A stretch of 64,000 nt of DNA from Mytilus trossulus (lineage: Eukaryota). Made by a program: the position numbers and the translations under genes. Positions 1 through 13,472 of this stretch are shown here, in pieces. Position 1 is the first letter of the stretch. Each line of letters opens with the position of its first letter. Under the pieces are notes generated by a model that saw only the letters and a list, made by a program, of their open reading frames with translations, searched no databases and had not been told where the DNA came from. The stretch spans positions 40,486,001-40,550,000 of the forward strand of contig NC_086386.1 in the NCBI RefSeq assembly GCF_036588685.1, given 5' to 3'.

Positions 1-137
1 CAATGTTAGATCTGTAAATATGCTTTCACAATTTTTTTTTCTTCCCTCGCCGGGATCCGAACCCATGCTACTGAGATATCGTGACACCAAATTGCCTGCA
101 CTGTAGCCGTCCCGCTAGACCACACGACCACCTGGGC
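1..137 (-). mobile_element. tRNA-derived SINE head
   Basis: Minus strand gcccaggTGGTCGTGTGGtctagc...GGTTCGGATCCcggcgagggaag gives Pol III A- and B-box-like motifs with no clean cloverleaf. Decayed relatives lie in intron 2 of paralogues A and B. Confidence 0.55.
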
Positions 138-2769
138 TTCACAAAGAATAAAGCTTTCGGTGGCCATGTGTTACCTTCCCTCGTCAGTTTTAATCTAGCG
201 GCGTACTACAGTACATGATATATAAGGCAAGGAGATGTTATTGTTACAGATCAGCTCAATTATCTATAGTAAAGGATCCTACAAGTTAATGCAAGATGCA
301 GTCACAGAAAATAATTATATTTATAAGTACGTCTGAGTCAGTGACAACTCTACAACATATATATACAATTATTTATAGTTTCTTTGCCTATAGTTTATGT
401 TCAAATAACTTGAACTCTTATAGTTCAATATATTAGATAATTTCTACTCATTATGTAATCGTAATTGTATATTCAATGTATAATTGGTGCTCCTGTAACG
501 CATTTACGGCGTCTGAGTTTGTTAAATATAGTAAAGAGCTTTGCTCATTGTTGAAGGCCGTACAGTGATCTATAGCTGTTAATGTCTGTGTCAGTTGGTC
601 TCTTGTGGTGAGTTGTCTCATTGGCAATCATATCATATCTTCTTTTTTATATCAATAAAATTAGATACTGCAGCATTTATGTATACCTGTTGAATAGCTT
701 TTATCTGTTGAATTATTTGAAATGCATCTGAAATGTCATAAAGACTATTCATTTGAGAGAATACTATGATCATCTCCTCGCTTATGTTTTGATTTTCAAA
801 CAAATCATTCAATCTGGTTTTTTTATAGTGTTCATCTCTTTCTATGGCATAGTTAGTAAAAAAAAAAATCATTTTTCAATTTGAATAACTTCATTAAATA
901 TATTATTTGTCATCAACAAATTTGCTGCAGATAGTTTTGATCCCACAGTGATTGTTTTACAAACACGCACATACAAGCTATTTTTCACTTTGTGAATTCA
1001 AATATAAAATAAATAAACTTCCTTCTTATGCCTAATTTAAATTCAAATTTGTTAAAAAATTTAGTCGTTTACTTAAACTTTTGGTTTTGTGAACATTTCT
1101 TTTATTTAGACAGACATGTTTAACTTTGTTGTTCATATATATTTTAGATAATTTGGAAGATCTGCTTTGCAAATGTATACTATTAATGTATGTTAAAATT
1201 GTTAATATTTTTAAATTTAAAACGCGGGGCTCGCTAAGTTTTCAAAATATTTAAAATTTGACTTCCGAGATTTGATAAATATGGTATTGGACGAGATTTT
1301 TGTCGTGGAATATGTTTCTCTCATGATTTTTAGCCAATATGCAGACAATCTTAACCATTTTTGCGATCGATCTGCAAATATGAAGCAAAAGTAGTTACAA
1401 ACTTAAATTCAGGGAAACACATCAAAACTAAGAGAAGAACTACGACACAACGGAAAAACACCACTAAATTGCAACACACAAAGAAACGATCTATAAAATA
1501 ACAATGACCATTTTCCTGACATGGTACAGGACATTTTAAGAAAAAAAAGGGGGGTTGACCCTGGTTTTGTGACTAACCAAACCTCCCGTTTGTATGTCAA
1601 TGTTAAATATAACATTAAAATGACAAAATTATATGAAAGGTCTACGATACAAATATATTGGAGAACATACATAACAGAGAAATTAAGCCAATAGTAGTAT
1701 ACCGCTGTTCAAAATTCATAAATCGATAGAGTAAAAACAAATCCGGGTTATAAACTTTAACTGAGGGAAACACATAAATAAAAGCTGTCAAAAGGTACAA
1801 AGGTAAGGTTATATGCCTGGGATAAGAAAAAAATTCTCAGTGTTTAGAATAATTCATACTTTTTCAAACTGAAAATTTATAAGAATGAATATATAATAGT
1901 TATACATGTTTACACCGAAATCCAAAAAAAAAGGGTTTCTGTTGAAAGCAATAAAACTTGACGTCTTTATCGGATATCAACCAATGGAAAACTAAAATAA
2001 ACCAAACCACAAGTCCATTAAATAAAAATAATAAACAGGTCAGGAAAAAGTAAAGTCACAAACAGTCTGCACTCCGAGGGAAATTCAAACGGAAAGCCCT
2101 TAATCAAATGGCAAAATCAAATGATAAAACACACCAAACGCATGGACAACAAATATCATATTCCCAACTTGGATAGGCATTTTTAAATGTAGAAAAATGG
2201 TGGATTGAACCTGATTTTAAAGCGCTAAACCGCTCACGTGTAGTACGACGGAATAAATCGAGTAATGATTAAAAACATTACGGTAACTAATATCCGGGTC
2301 TTTATGGTTTTGTTGATTAAATCATAGTTATAGTAAACTCTAATAGACGTCACTTACACACAGACTTCAAAGAGAAACTTTCACATTACAGTTTGCTCAA
2401 TATGAAAGTGGTGCACATGATACAGAAGACAAGTACAAATTATTTAACACATACATTTTCACAAAAGTAGTGTTATTTTTCCTGAAATGTTTTTTTTAAA
2501 GAAATATTTGATGCATTTCATAAAATATATTCGAAAAATACCAACGGGACATTTAAACCAATTTATTGAAATTGTATCTTGAACAGTTCACAAACCCACC
2601 CTACTTTCTCCTTGAATGCATGGCACTTGTCTACAAAACATACTCTCAAACAATGGATTTTAAATTCATGGTTAAAAGCTTTGATTCAAGTGGTCACTTT
2701 GTCCGTTCATTATCACTTGTATTATCTTCGACAAGTGTTCATCGGAGTTCTATTTAAATACATGTATGT

Positions 2770-2925
2770 ACAAAAAAGAAGATGTGGTATGATTTCATAT
2801 GAAACTTCTCTTCACAAGACCAAAAGACACAGAAATTGACAACTATAGGATATTGTACGGCCTTCAACAATGAGCAAAGCCAATACCACATTGTCAGTTA
2901 AAAAAGACCCTGAAATGACAATGTA
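2770..2925 (+). repeat. High-copy interspersed repeat (aagaagatgtggtatgatt...ggccttcaacaatgagc family)
   Basis: Related copies at about 535-650(-), 18225-18280, 20945-21020(-), 46755-46865 and 59100-59250(-). Confidence 0.7.
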
Positions 2926-3575
2926 TGTAGTTCACTGTATGTTACATGTCATCTGTGGTCTACACAACTGGTGATGTCAACATCCGCAAAGGATACACAA
3001 CTTAATAACAGAATGTGTTTGCATTTTTTTCTATTCATCTAATAAAAGAGGGACGAAAGATTCCAGAGAGACATACAAACTCACAGATTGAATATAAACT
3101 GAAAACGCCGTGACTAAATAAAATTACAAACAGACAAATAATAATACATAACACAATATAGAATATTGAACACTAAGCAACATGAACCCCCTTAAAAAAT
3201 GGAGAGGATATCAGGTACTAAGGAATGGTAAGAAGATCCTACACCATATGTCGCACCCGTCATGTTGCTGATTTTATAACAAAATCTTGTTTGTGAACCA
3301 ATCTTCTGAGCTTTATTTTATTTTATCTTATTGTATTACAAATTCATATCTTTATTATTATGGACTCTTGCAATGTGGTAAATATCAGGGAAACCAGATA
3401 TCTCGGTATAAAACGTTCAGTGATTATGTAATTCGCTAAACATTTTAATTCGTGATCAATTTTCACCCAAAAACTCCACTTAATCTTTTATCACAGTAAT
3501 CATAATGAATCCGAATCGCAGTATGTGTTCGTATGTTTATATTTTTTGTAATTATTATGAATTTCCTCGTTTCAG

Positions 3576-6119
3576 ATTGTAACACTTTACAACTATCAAC
3601 TCTGAATGCAGGTAATAAAGCTGCAAGTAACACCCCTCATGTGTATAAATACTTTACAAAACTAAGCTATTTTGGTGTTTCACGTGTATCTGGAACTTTT
3701 TTGAAATTTCAAGTAAAGGCATGTAGGTCCGCACTTGTTCTCCTGTCAGTTGCTAGTGATTTGTTGTCTTCTGACTTCTACGAAATATTCTATGGAGGAG
3801 GAGGGCCCACCTGGACATATGTATCTCGAAACTATGGCTCGAACGAAGCACAATTCAATACGCGAGAGATATTCGATTGTAATAATATGTTATCACTGTG
3901 GCTGAGCTGGAAAAATGGTCAACTCAAAAGTGGAACGGGTTCGATTCTGGGACAGGAAATAATCTTTGAATGGGATGATCCAAATCCTTTAACCATAAAA
4001 GGCATAGGAGTAATGTCGGCATATGGACAAAATGCTACATGGATAATATCTTCTGGAGGTAATTTAAGGCAACACATTATAATTTATAATATTCTTCTAA
4101 CATTGTGACAGATATTTCTCTCTCAGATATATATTTTGTCTCAAATTTAGCCCACATCTGTTAGATCTGTAAAATTGTGTTAAAACATTTTTGTTTCTCC
4201 TTCAGCGGGATTTAAACCCTTGCCTCTCTACAAGGACATGCATTACTTGACTTACAAAAGCTATGATTTTATAGAGCCAAGTTGAAGTATTCTAGGCATT
4301 AAACACGGTGTAAAAGGTAAAATAACAAAATTTCTGAACTCCCAGGAAAGTTCAAAAAGGAAAGTCCCTATCAGATGGCAAAATTAAAAGTTCAAGGACA
4401 TCAAACGAATGAATAACAAATGTCATTTTCCTGACTTGTTTCAGGCATTTTCTTATTTTAAAAAAATGTGGATTGAACCTGGTTTTATCGCTATCAAAAC
4501 ATCTCACTTGTATGACATTCGTTGTGGGTTGTCGAGATATATCCAATGCCTGGGTTTAAATCCCGCTGAGGGAGGACAAAGTATTATTTAATGTATTTGA
4601 AGCATCGAATTATTAGCAAGTTATATTCTAACATTCCGTGTTATGCAATAAAAAAATGTTTTAAAATACCATTTATTTTAAGGTCCACTAGCTGTCCAAT
4701 TTGTGTTCACCAACTTGACTCAAATTTTCATTTTTGATTTATTACAATGTAAAACATTTATCCAGATTATAAATAGTCTAAAATAATTAACAGGGCATGA
4801 GCTCGAGAATATGCAGCTTCGTTTTGTGTGTATTTTAGTATTGACGCCATCTAATTAATTATCGAGTTGACTTCCAAATACCTCCTATGGTCATATAAGC
4901 GATATAAATATAAATATTGATATCACTAGATAGGAAACTCGTGGAATTGGATTTTTCTAGTTTTGTTCAATTTCATATCATACATTTAAAATATATCTTA
5001 ATCGTCGGTCTACCATATATCAAAATTATTTATTGGATTGAACCTGTAAATCAAATGATTTACCTTTGTTTCACTTTCAATGTTGAAACTGCAAGTGAAT
5101 AGTTCATCATCAATTTATCATGTTTATCGTGACTTATTTTAACATTATTGGACCATACTTACAGCGAATTGTTAAAATACTATATCACTATCATAAATGA
5201 TTAAACAAAACGATTTTTTTTTAGATTTTTTATATATCTCGTAGAAAATGCACCTTAAACATGTAAAGGAAAAGTATGAATATTTTACTTGCATTAAGTA
5301 TTTGTATTTTTTAACAGTAGGAAATTATTTTAGTAATTTATGTTTCTCAAAATAGGAATATTCAAAGTTTATTGCTTGACGTCTATAACTCATTTTAATA
5401 ATCCTCATAAAATTTATACTTCAAGAAGTTCATTTCATACAACTTTTTTTTCTTATGGCGAATAGACGAGTTATTTGATTCCGTCGACACATGCTGTATG
5501 CAAGCAACGTATACTCACTATTAGAAACGTAAATGTTGTTTGCCTTAATTTCGTACAAATTTTAATTTTGTAATAAAACTCAATACAATTATTGGAATGA
5601 GGTGATCGATATTGTTTCTTTTTATTAATTGTGTTGCTTGCTGACGAACATGTATATATGTATGCCTATAAAAAAATTGAGTATTTATTCGTATACCGTC
5701 AAGAATACAGAAAAGAGTTTTAAACAAATGCAGTTTGATAAGATACCACAAAACTCTCAGATTTAATTACTGTTTGCTTTTTTAAAAGTACTTAACAAAA
5801 CAATGAACTAATACAATAGATGATATAGTGGCCAACTTTTGAAGTGTGATAAACTTTTTAAAACAAATTTTTGATATTTTCAGGTATCGAAGACAAAGGA
5901 ATTTTTTGTGGATCTGCAAGACAATCTCTAACCAATACAGGTGTTACCACGTACGGCCATTCATTATTTAGTTGTGCCATATCATGTATTTTCAATGTTT
6001 GCGCTGGTTTTGATTACAACAGTAAGATACAGAAATGCCATATTGTAGACGAAAAGGAATTTCTAACAAGCGCAAATGACCGTGACTCCGTAATGTTTAC
6101 TAAATGTTTATCTATTTAG
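3576..6119 (+). CDS. Secreted Methyltransf_FA (FAMeT-like) + PAN/Apple domain protein, paralogue A (5'-partial; exons 3576-4058, 5884-6119)
   Basis: Exon 2 is bounded by ttcag|attgt and ggag|gtaatt (483 nt, phase 1-1). It encodes FQVKACRSALVLLS...FYEIFYGGGG...DC...LWLSWKNG...WDDPNPL, a Methyltransf_FA-like pattern. Exon 3 (cag|gtatc...TAG) encodes a 6-Cys PAN/Apple module (FC..CAISCIFNVCAGFDYN..KC..KC). Splice sites match paralogues B and C. No signal-peptide exon found in the window. Confidence 0.85.
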
Positions 6120-7202
6120 GCAAAAAGTAATTCATGATTTCAAGATATTTCATATTTAGACAACCAACCTTTATATTACCGCAGATCCTATCGATGTTTA
6201 TAAGATAATTAATTGAAAAAAGTATCACTGTTCATGGTTATAGAATAATCATTATCGGAACGTACAAGGCATTCAACTTTGTCCTCGAAAAATGTTAGGC
6301 AATATCACGCTCATCCTCTCTCGTTATGACGACACAAACAAGCCAAAAAAAGTGACGTTCCCATGATACGGCATAATTTCACAGTTTTTAAATGTATAAA
6401 ATCATAGAACCCCAAAAAAAGTATAACTACTGTACTGTTTAATTGTGTAGTTATCTGTTTCTGAATGAAAAATCAATTTGGAAAGTCCATAATCAAATGG
6501 CAAAATCAAATAACAAAAAGCATCAAAAACAATTGGACAAGAACTGTCATTTCCCTGACTTGGTACAGGCATTTTCAAATGTAGAAAATGGTGGATTAAA
6601 CCTAGTTCTATAGCGCTAAACCTCACACTTTAATGACAGTTTCATCAAATTCCATGTAATATTGTTATTCAAATTGTATGCTCAACACTATCATAAACGC
6701 CTCAGGTTTGGCTAGCCACATGACCAGGTTCAATCCACCATTGTTTTCTTCAAATTTCCTGTACCAAGTCAGGAGAATGGCAGTTTATATCCTATAGTTC
6801 GTTATGTGTGCTTGCCTTGTCGTTTGTTTTTTGTTACAATTCAGTGATTCTGTTGTAGTCGACGTGTTCCCCCTGTTTTGGTTTGTAACACGTATTTGAT
6901 TTCTCTCAATATAACATGTGAACAGCGATATATCGCTTTTGCCTATATTTACCATACAACAAAGTAAAGATATTAGAAAAATATAATTTAAAATCTTTCA
7001 CACATTTGAAAAGTGAATTTCAGAAAATTTAAGACTTAAAACAAAATGTTATTTATTTTTTTTTTAAAACAAAAAATACCGAACTCCAAGGAATATTGTT
7101 AAGGTAAATAGCAAATGAAAAAAACTCAGACATATCAAGGGAATGATTAATAACTGCCATTTGGAAAATAGTGGTTTAACTCTGGTTTGACAGCTTATGT
7201 AA

Positions 7203-8110
7203 TTGAAAACAGAACGGGGAACCTGTCACAGAGACAACAACCCGACCATAGAGCAGACAACAGCCGAAGGTCAGCAATGGATCTTCAACGCAGCGAGAAA
7301 CTCCCGCACCCGGAGGCGTCCTTCAACCGGCCCATACAAGAATATATATACTAGTTCAGGGATAATGGCCGTTAAACTAAACTCCAAATTATACACAAGA
7401 AACTAAATTTTAAATTCAAACAAGACTAACAAAGACATGAGACATCAACCCTCCCTGTATATACCTCTAGCCAATGTAGAAAAAAATAAACACACAATAA
7501 TACACACAATTAAACTTTGTTTTACAGAAGACTGAGTCAGATGTCAGAATAGATAACGAAAGAAAATAATCAAAATGACAATAATATATAGATTAACATA
7601 AGACTACAAGCAGTTACTGACATGCCAGCTCAAGACCTCAATTAAACTGATTGAAAGATTATGTCTTCATTATATAGATATCAAGCACAATCCCTCCCGT
7701 CAGGGATATAGTATTATTATGAGAAGCACATAACCTGTGTCATGCCAACAACTGGTTTTAGAATAAATGTGTTTAATTCAGATGCAAAGACCCTTTGAGT
7801 GAATCAAAGTTAAAGCCAAAATATGCAATTTTTGACAACAGTATTATAACGTTATCCCTTCTTAGTAAGTCTGTTTAAAGGTTTTGTTAGTTTTCAAAAG
7901 AGGTGCATACTTATTTTTTGTGCTTTGTAAAGAAAATTACCATAAAAAATTGGATGTGAAATACACGAACGTATAAGATGTCTGGATGTAAGGTCATTTT
8001 GGCGAATGATGTCATTATACCAATGATCAAATTTAGTGAGGGTTTTGACAAGTTGGTGATATTGAAAACCCTGGTATAATATTTTTTTAGTCAAACATAC
8101 ATTTCTCTCG
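7203..8110 (-). mobile_element. 5'-truncated Penelope-like retroelement fragment (RT C-terminal/thumb region plus 3' tail)
   Basis: Minus strand encodes ERNVCLTKKILYQGFQYHQLVKTLTKF...ISHPIFYG, resembling the LTxKLLxQGF..KF region of bivalve Penelope-like RTs. Absent from the paralogous duplicated site at about 21585-21600. Confidence 0.6.
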
Positions 8111-10109
8111 CATGTTTAAGGGTAAATTTATCTGTGGATTGCGAGTTGTCTCATGAGTACTTTTACCACATCTTCTTATATCTATTTGCTTTGAAGGTAG
8201 AATAACCCGTTGCGGTAGTTTGTGATTAAAACATCGTTTAACGTCATATCATCCTGGTAAGAACGTTAACTTCGAGATTATTTTTTTAATAAAAACTAGA
8301 AATGTCTTTCATAAAATTTTGAGATATATCGATCCATAAATCTATAAAACTTGGTTCACCCATGCACTTTATACTATGAAAGGGTCTTTGATCATAACAA
8401 AAATAAGTTAACATGGAATCAGAAAAAGCGTTATGATGTACTATGAAAAACTAAAATTAAAATGTTGTAATAAAGCTACCACTTAATTGCGTTTTCTTTT
8501 TCTTTGTTTTAAAGATTTCAAACTTATTCATTTATTGATATTGCATTTTGATTGTTAATGCAAATTTTGCTTTTATCTTAAAATAGATATAACGATTCTA
8601 TGCGTTTTCGTTTCCGTCGTGTTTTAATTTCATTTATTAATTTTGCATCTGACAATTTTTTTGTACTTTGAGGTAGAGTGCTTCGTTTTAATAAATCTGG
8701 TGAATAAAAAGTTAAAGGGTTCTCAAATTTAAAGATAGATATTTTTCAATTAAACTACTCAAATATTTAGTTCGAAAAAAAACTATAGACAGGAAATGAC
8801 CAATTAAATTTCAAAACTCGAAATTTCGACAACACAGTTGTTTTCCTTAGATGTAATAAGAACAAAATTGAGTAAAAGTTACTTTTCGAGCCGATTTATT
8901 ACCCTTATCATGTTTATTTTTGATACATGCAGGAACTATTTCGTAGTTGCAATGCAAATAGAAGTTAGGAAATGTAAATGATGTGGCCAATGTATGTGAC
9001 TATCAAAATATATCCTAGTTAAAGGAGTGGAAATCTAGTGATCTTAAATATATATCAATTCTGTTGTAAACATTTCGTATTATATTATGAAAATTTGCGA
9101 ACGTGTTATTTTAAGCCAAAGTCAACGAGGGTTGATATGCCTTTTTTTTCTTTTTGATTTGTTTTTCTTTTTGCTGTTCATGTACTAATTAATTTTTTGT
9201 CATGAATGGATACCAAATATCCTTTTTTTTCTTTTACGCTATTATGTGTATGTACATATTGAGCAGTTTTTCAGATCCCTACAAAATTTTGAATACATTT
9301 ATAGCGCATCTGGTGCAAGAAAATTGGTACCGTTAATTTTATTATAATTCGTTGATCTGCATCTAAATACAGAATTTATAATGATGCATACATATAGACT
9401 TTATTTTTTTGTATTTATACAACCAGTTATAATACCTTTATAAAGTATATATTTAAATGTATATAATGTACATGTACGTACAAAAGGGTGGAAAAGACAG
9501 TTACTTAAATTTGATTGCAAATCTAGGAAATTTCATCAACAAAAAACATGTCTGAACAATTCTATGTTTTTGGTGTAATAATTTTTCGATTTAATGATTC
9601 AAACGTATTATGATAGTCGGTTTGAATAAAGAGCAATTTACAAAAACAGACAGTTTAGTCAGCTCTTTAATAATATATTAAAAATACTGAGTCCAAGGCA
9701 AAGTCAAAACTGGGAAGAAAAAAAAAAATTAAACGCTATGAATCAACGGAACAAATGAAAAAAGTGTTATATTCCTGACTTAGTACAGTCATTTTGCGAG
9801 GGAAATGATGGGTCAAAGTTGTTTTATAGCTAGCTTAACTTCCCACTTGTATGAACATTGTTTGTATATCCGTTAAATTGAATTCACTAGTAGTCCTATA
9901 ATATAACAGATTAAGGGTTCATTGTGTTTGCATTCAAGGTTTTTGATCGATTATTTATTTTACTATAATGCTAAAATCCATGGTTAATATATAAAAAATA
10001 TGTTGAATGAGTACAGATGAATTAATAGTTACAAAAATATATCCGATTTAAAACATTGAATGCAAACGATATGAACCTACAAAGTCTTATATCATAAAAC
10101 TAGATCAGC

Positions 10110-10430
10110 AGAGCCGTCACGTAGTGATCATCTCATCGGAATACATACGAAAAGGTTCCTGGTTAAATCCCCGGGGAGAAAAATTTTCGGCTATATGTTG
10201 ACACCTTTTGTGAGTATTGATTTTAGAAGCGATAATAGTCCATCGGAAGGGGACGATTAATGGAGATAGAGCCATATCTTTTTTACGTAAACGACACCCT
10301 TGTATATTTTGAAAAAGAGCATGTTAAAACAGCTACAAGGCAGCACTCACACCCGCAAAGTGAAAAGGGATTAGTATAAGTTTCAATATCTTAATAATTT
10401 ACTCCACTATAAATAAATATGTTTAAAGTA
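10110..10430 (+). mobile_element. tRNA-derived SINE with Deu/Nin-like central domain
   Basis: B-box-like ggttaaatcc, then agtccatcggaaggggacgattaa...gacacccttgtatattttgaaaaagag. Absent from the paralogous duplicated region near 23170. Confidence 0.45.
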
Positions 10431-11794
10431 GATCATTTAGGTATGCATCAGTTAGAATAAACAGATAGTACGCCAACTGAACGAAGTTGTTAATATAGTA
10501 CTAAGAGATTTTTTTTTCGATTAATCAATGAAGAAATGAACGTCGGTACTACAAATTTGTATCTTTGGTGTGATCGCGGAATAACCATTATTTTAACACT
10601 GTCCAAATCTTAACCTCTCCCAAACACTCAAAATTGATGTGTAATGGGTTTTGCATAAAGAAGGACGAGGGATACCAGAGGGACAATCAAACTCATACAT
10701 CGACAATAAACTGACAAAGCAATGGCTAAAAAAGAAAAAAACAAACAGACAAACAATATTACACATGACACAACATAGAAAACTAAAGACTAAAAACATG
10801 AAAGCTGGGAGTGATCTTAGTCGCTCTGGATGGTTAGGCATATCCTGCTCACCATATGACACCCGTCGTGTTGATCATGATATTTCAAATCCGCAAAATA
10901 TTTAAATGGTTGTGGAATATTCACTTACATCATAAACCCAATTGGCTGATATTGAACATGTTCTATCACTTTCATACATAGCAATTTAAAGTGGAAATGC
11001 AACTTAACTATAGTATGACAGCTCACTTAACTCCATATTTAAAGCAACTTTTAATGAAAAAATCTCTATTATACATACATATAGGATAATGTATCAATGA
11101 TTGGTATCCTGCATCCTGAAAAACTTATATCACAAATATATTACCTGACTTAAACTTTGAATCAAAAGTCAAAAAGTCAAAACACCAGATGGCAGGAAGT
11201 AAAAATACCCCACCTCGTGAAAAATCATATGACTAAAAGAAACATAAAGCACGCAGACATTCATAACTTCACCACGTGAAAGACTTGACATCATGTAAAA
11301 TAAAAAAAAAAAAAAAAAAAAAAACGGTCTGATTTATGTCTTAACAATAAACGTGAAAAAAGCATAAATCTGGCATTCACTGAATTCCAGGGTTCTATTT
11401 TGGGACAGGCCAACATAGAATGTGACGGGGTAAAATATATTTTATGAGCTGTCATCCCTCATTTAGCATTAACCAGGAGAAGAAAATCATTACATAAGAA
11501 CATCAGTTTGGCATGGCTTGACTCTTCATATGGCACGTATGTGATGTTCTTATATCTACAACATTTATACACTTATATACGAGTCAAGAGCCTTTTGTGT
11601 CAAATTTTTCCTTTGACACCAATGTTTTTAATAGAATAAAGAGTGTCTTTTATTTATCGAGGACATTGTTTCAAATATATTTCAGATTGATGACGATAGT
11701 TTGATCCTTTATTTCAAAAAATCTTGATAGGGTTCAAACGGTTTTCATAAATTTTCAAACGAAATCACATTTTAATGGACATTGTCAATACATG

Positions 11795-12640
11795 CAATAA
11801 AGACAACAGTACTTTACCGCTGTTCAAAATTCATAAATCGATTGAGTAAAATCAAATCAGGGTTAAAAACTAAAACTGAGGGAAATACATAAAGTATAAG
11901 AGAAGACCTACGACACAACAAAAACACAACTTTAAAATGTAACACACACAGAAACGAAGTAGAAGAAAAATATGGTCATTTTCCTGACTAGGTAAATGAC
12001 ATTTATTTAAAATAAATAATGTGTTGAACCTGGTTTTGTGGCATGCCAAACCTTCCGCCTTTGTGGCAATGTTAGATATGATTTTGAAATGACAACACTA
12101 AATGATAGGACCACAATACAAATAAATGGGAGAAAATATATTGTTATCAAAAGTACCAGGATTATAATTTTATACGCCAGACGCGCGTTTCGTCTACATA
12201 AGACTCATCAGTGACGCTCAGATCAAAATAGTTAAAAAGCCAAACAAATACAAAGTTGAAGAGCATTGAGGACCCAAAATTCCAAAAAGTTGTGCCAAAT
12301 ACGGCTAAGGTCAGAGGAACACACGAATAATAGCTAAAAAAAGGTTCCAGGTATAAGATTAAATACGCCAGACGCTCGTTTCGTCCACACACCAGTGACG
12401 CTCTGATGAAAAAAGTTCTGAAGCCAAAAAAGGTATATAGTTTAGCTTTGAGAACAAAAAAAATCGTAGAGTTGTGCCCAATGCGGCTAGGGTTTTCTGC
12501 GTGGGATAAGAACATCCTTATTATTTAGAAGAATTCATACTTTGCAAAAAGTATTTTTTTACAGATGACTATAAAATAGATATAAATGATAAAACCAGTG
12601 ACTTACTACAACATAAAAACGGATAGATAAATACCATGAA
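11795..12640 (-). mobile_element. Hammerhead-bearing interspersed repeat (Penelope terminal-repeat / non-autonomous retrozyme-like) with one intact and one degenerate hammerhead
   Basis: Colinear with 56517-57365 and 1410-1920 (caacagtagtataccgctgttcaaaa...ttcctgacttggtacagg...gggataagaa). Contains hammerheads at 12174-12217 and (degenerate) about 12364-12401. Boundaries approximate. Confidence 0.6.
12174..12217 (-). ncRNA. Type I minimal hammerhead ribozyme (intact core)
   Basis: Minus strand reads GCGUCA-CUGAUGA-GUCU(UAUGU)AGAC-GAAA-C(GCGC)G-UC^UGGCGU: CUGANGA and GAAA cores, GUC cleavage triplet, 4-bp stem II, stem I GCGUCA/UGGCGU, and a very short palindromic stem III. Confidence 0.85.
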
Positions 12641-13065
12641 CCAGCATATAAAAAATCTCAGCCGCGTTAGACAAATCGATAAACGCACAAATTTAAGTGA
12701 CGTCACATTTGAATTTACAAATAAATCCCAAAAATAGGATAGAATTCAAGATTAAGTTTGTAATGTTGATATAACATTTATTAATTAAAATGAAAATTAC
12801 AATAACAATTAATATCAAATTGTGGTTGTAGTTAGATAATTAATATATTATCTAGCTATGTCGGTATTTTTTTCTACTTCAAACTGTAAACCAAATATAT
12901 CGTATAAATTAAGTCAAACCAAATCAAAATCTAACAAATTAAATGGATTGTTAATTAGCCCTACCATAACCAAAGAATGCGACAGACAAATAACATGATT
13001 TACAACTACAAACGTTAAGACTTTTGACAAAATCCGATGAGAATAACAAATACAACATTAAAACT

Positions 13066-13190
13066 AAATACATAAATACATAAATACATAAAAACATAAA
13101 AACATAAAAACATAAAAACATAAATACATACATACATATTAAGTACATGAACACATATGAAATAAATGAATACATGTTTAATACATGAAT
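13066..13190. repeat. ACATAAA(T/A)-type microsatellite
   Basis: Tandem acataaat/acataaaaa/acat units. Confidence 0.85.
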
Positions 13191-13472
13191 TTGGGATAGG
13201 GTCATTTCCCTGACCAAAGTCCTGACCCTTTTAAGTAAAAAGTTTTTTTTAAAGCATCATTTTTGGGGAATTTTTTTTAAAGGAAACAATGACGACTGGC
13301 TTGTAGTTTCTACAAGATTCTTATTAGTTATACGTATGCTTGGACTCCACACTCATTAATATAATCCTACTATATGATGCTTTAATTGGAAGTATTGATT
13401 GTCAGCAGGCGTCTAATAAATATCGAAATCTGCAATCTTTACGTTAAAGATCTGCTCAATCACAGTCATAAA

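Noticed and set aside
40-137. tRNA gene
   Set aside because: A- and B-box-like motifs are present, but there is no convincing acceptor stem or cloverleaf, and it continues into a repeat body; treated as a SINE.
3576-4058. Annotation as a true farnesoic acid O-methyltransferase enzyme
   Set aside because: No recognisable SAM-binding Rossmann fold, and the protein appears secreted and fused to a PAN domain; only the domain name applies.
12162-12515. 117-aa ORF containing SVTDESYVDETRVWR (similar peptide at 51828-52040)
   Set aside because: It is the translation of the hammerhead repeat. The conservation is explained by RNA structure and repeat copying, not protein coding.
12951-13217. Hydrophobic 88-aa ORF
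   Set aside because: Translation of the ACATAAA microsatellite.
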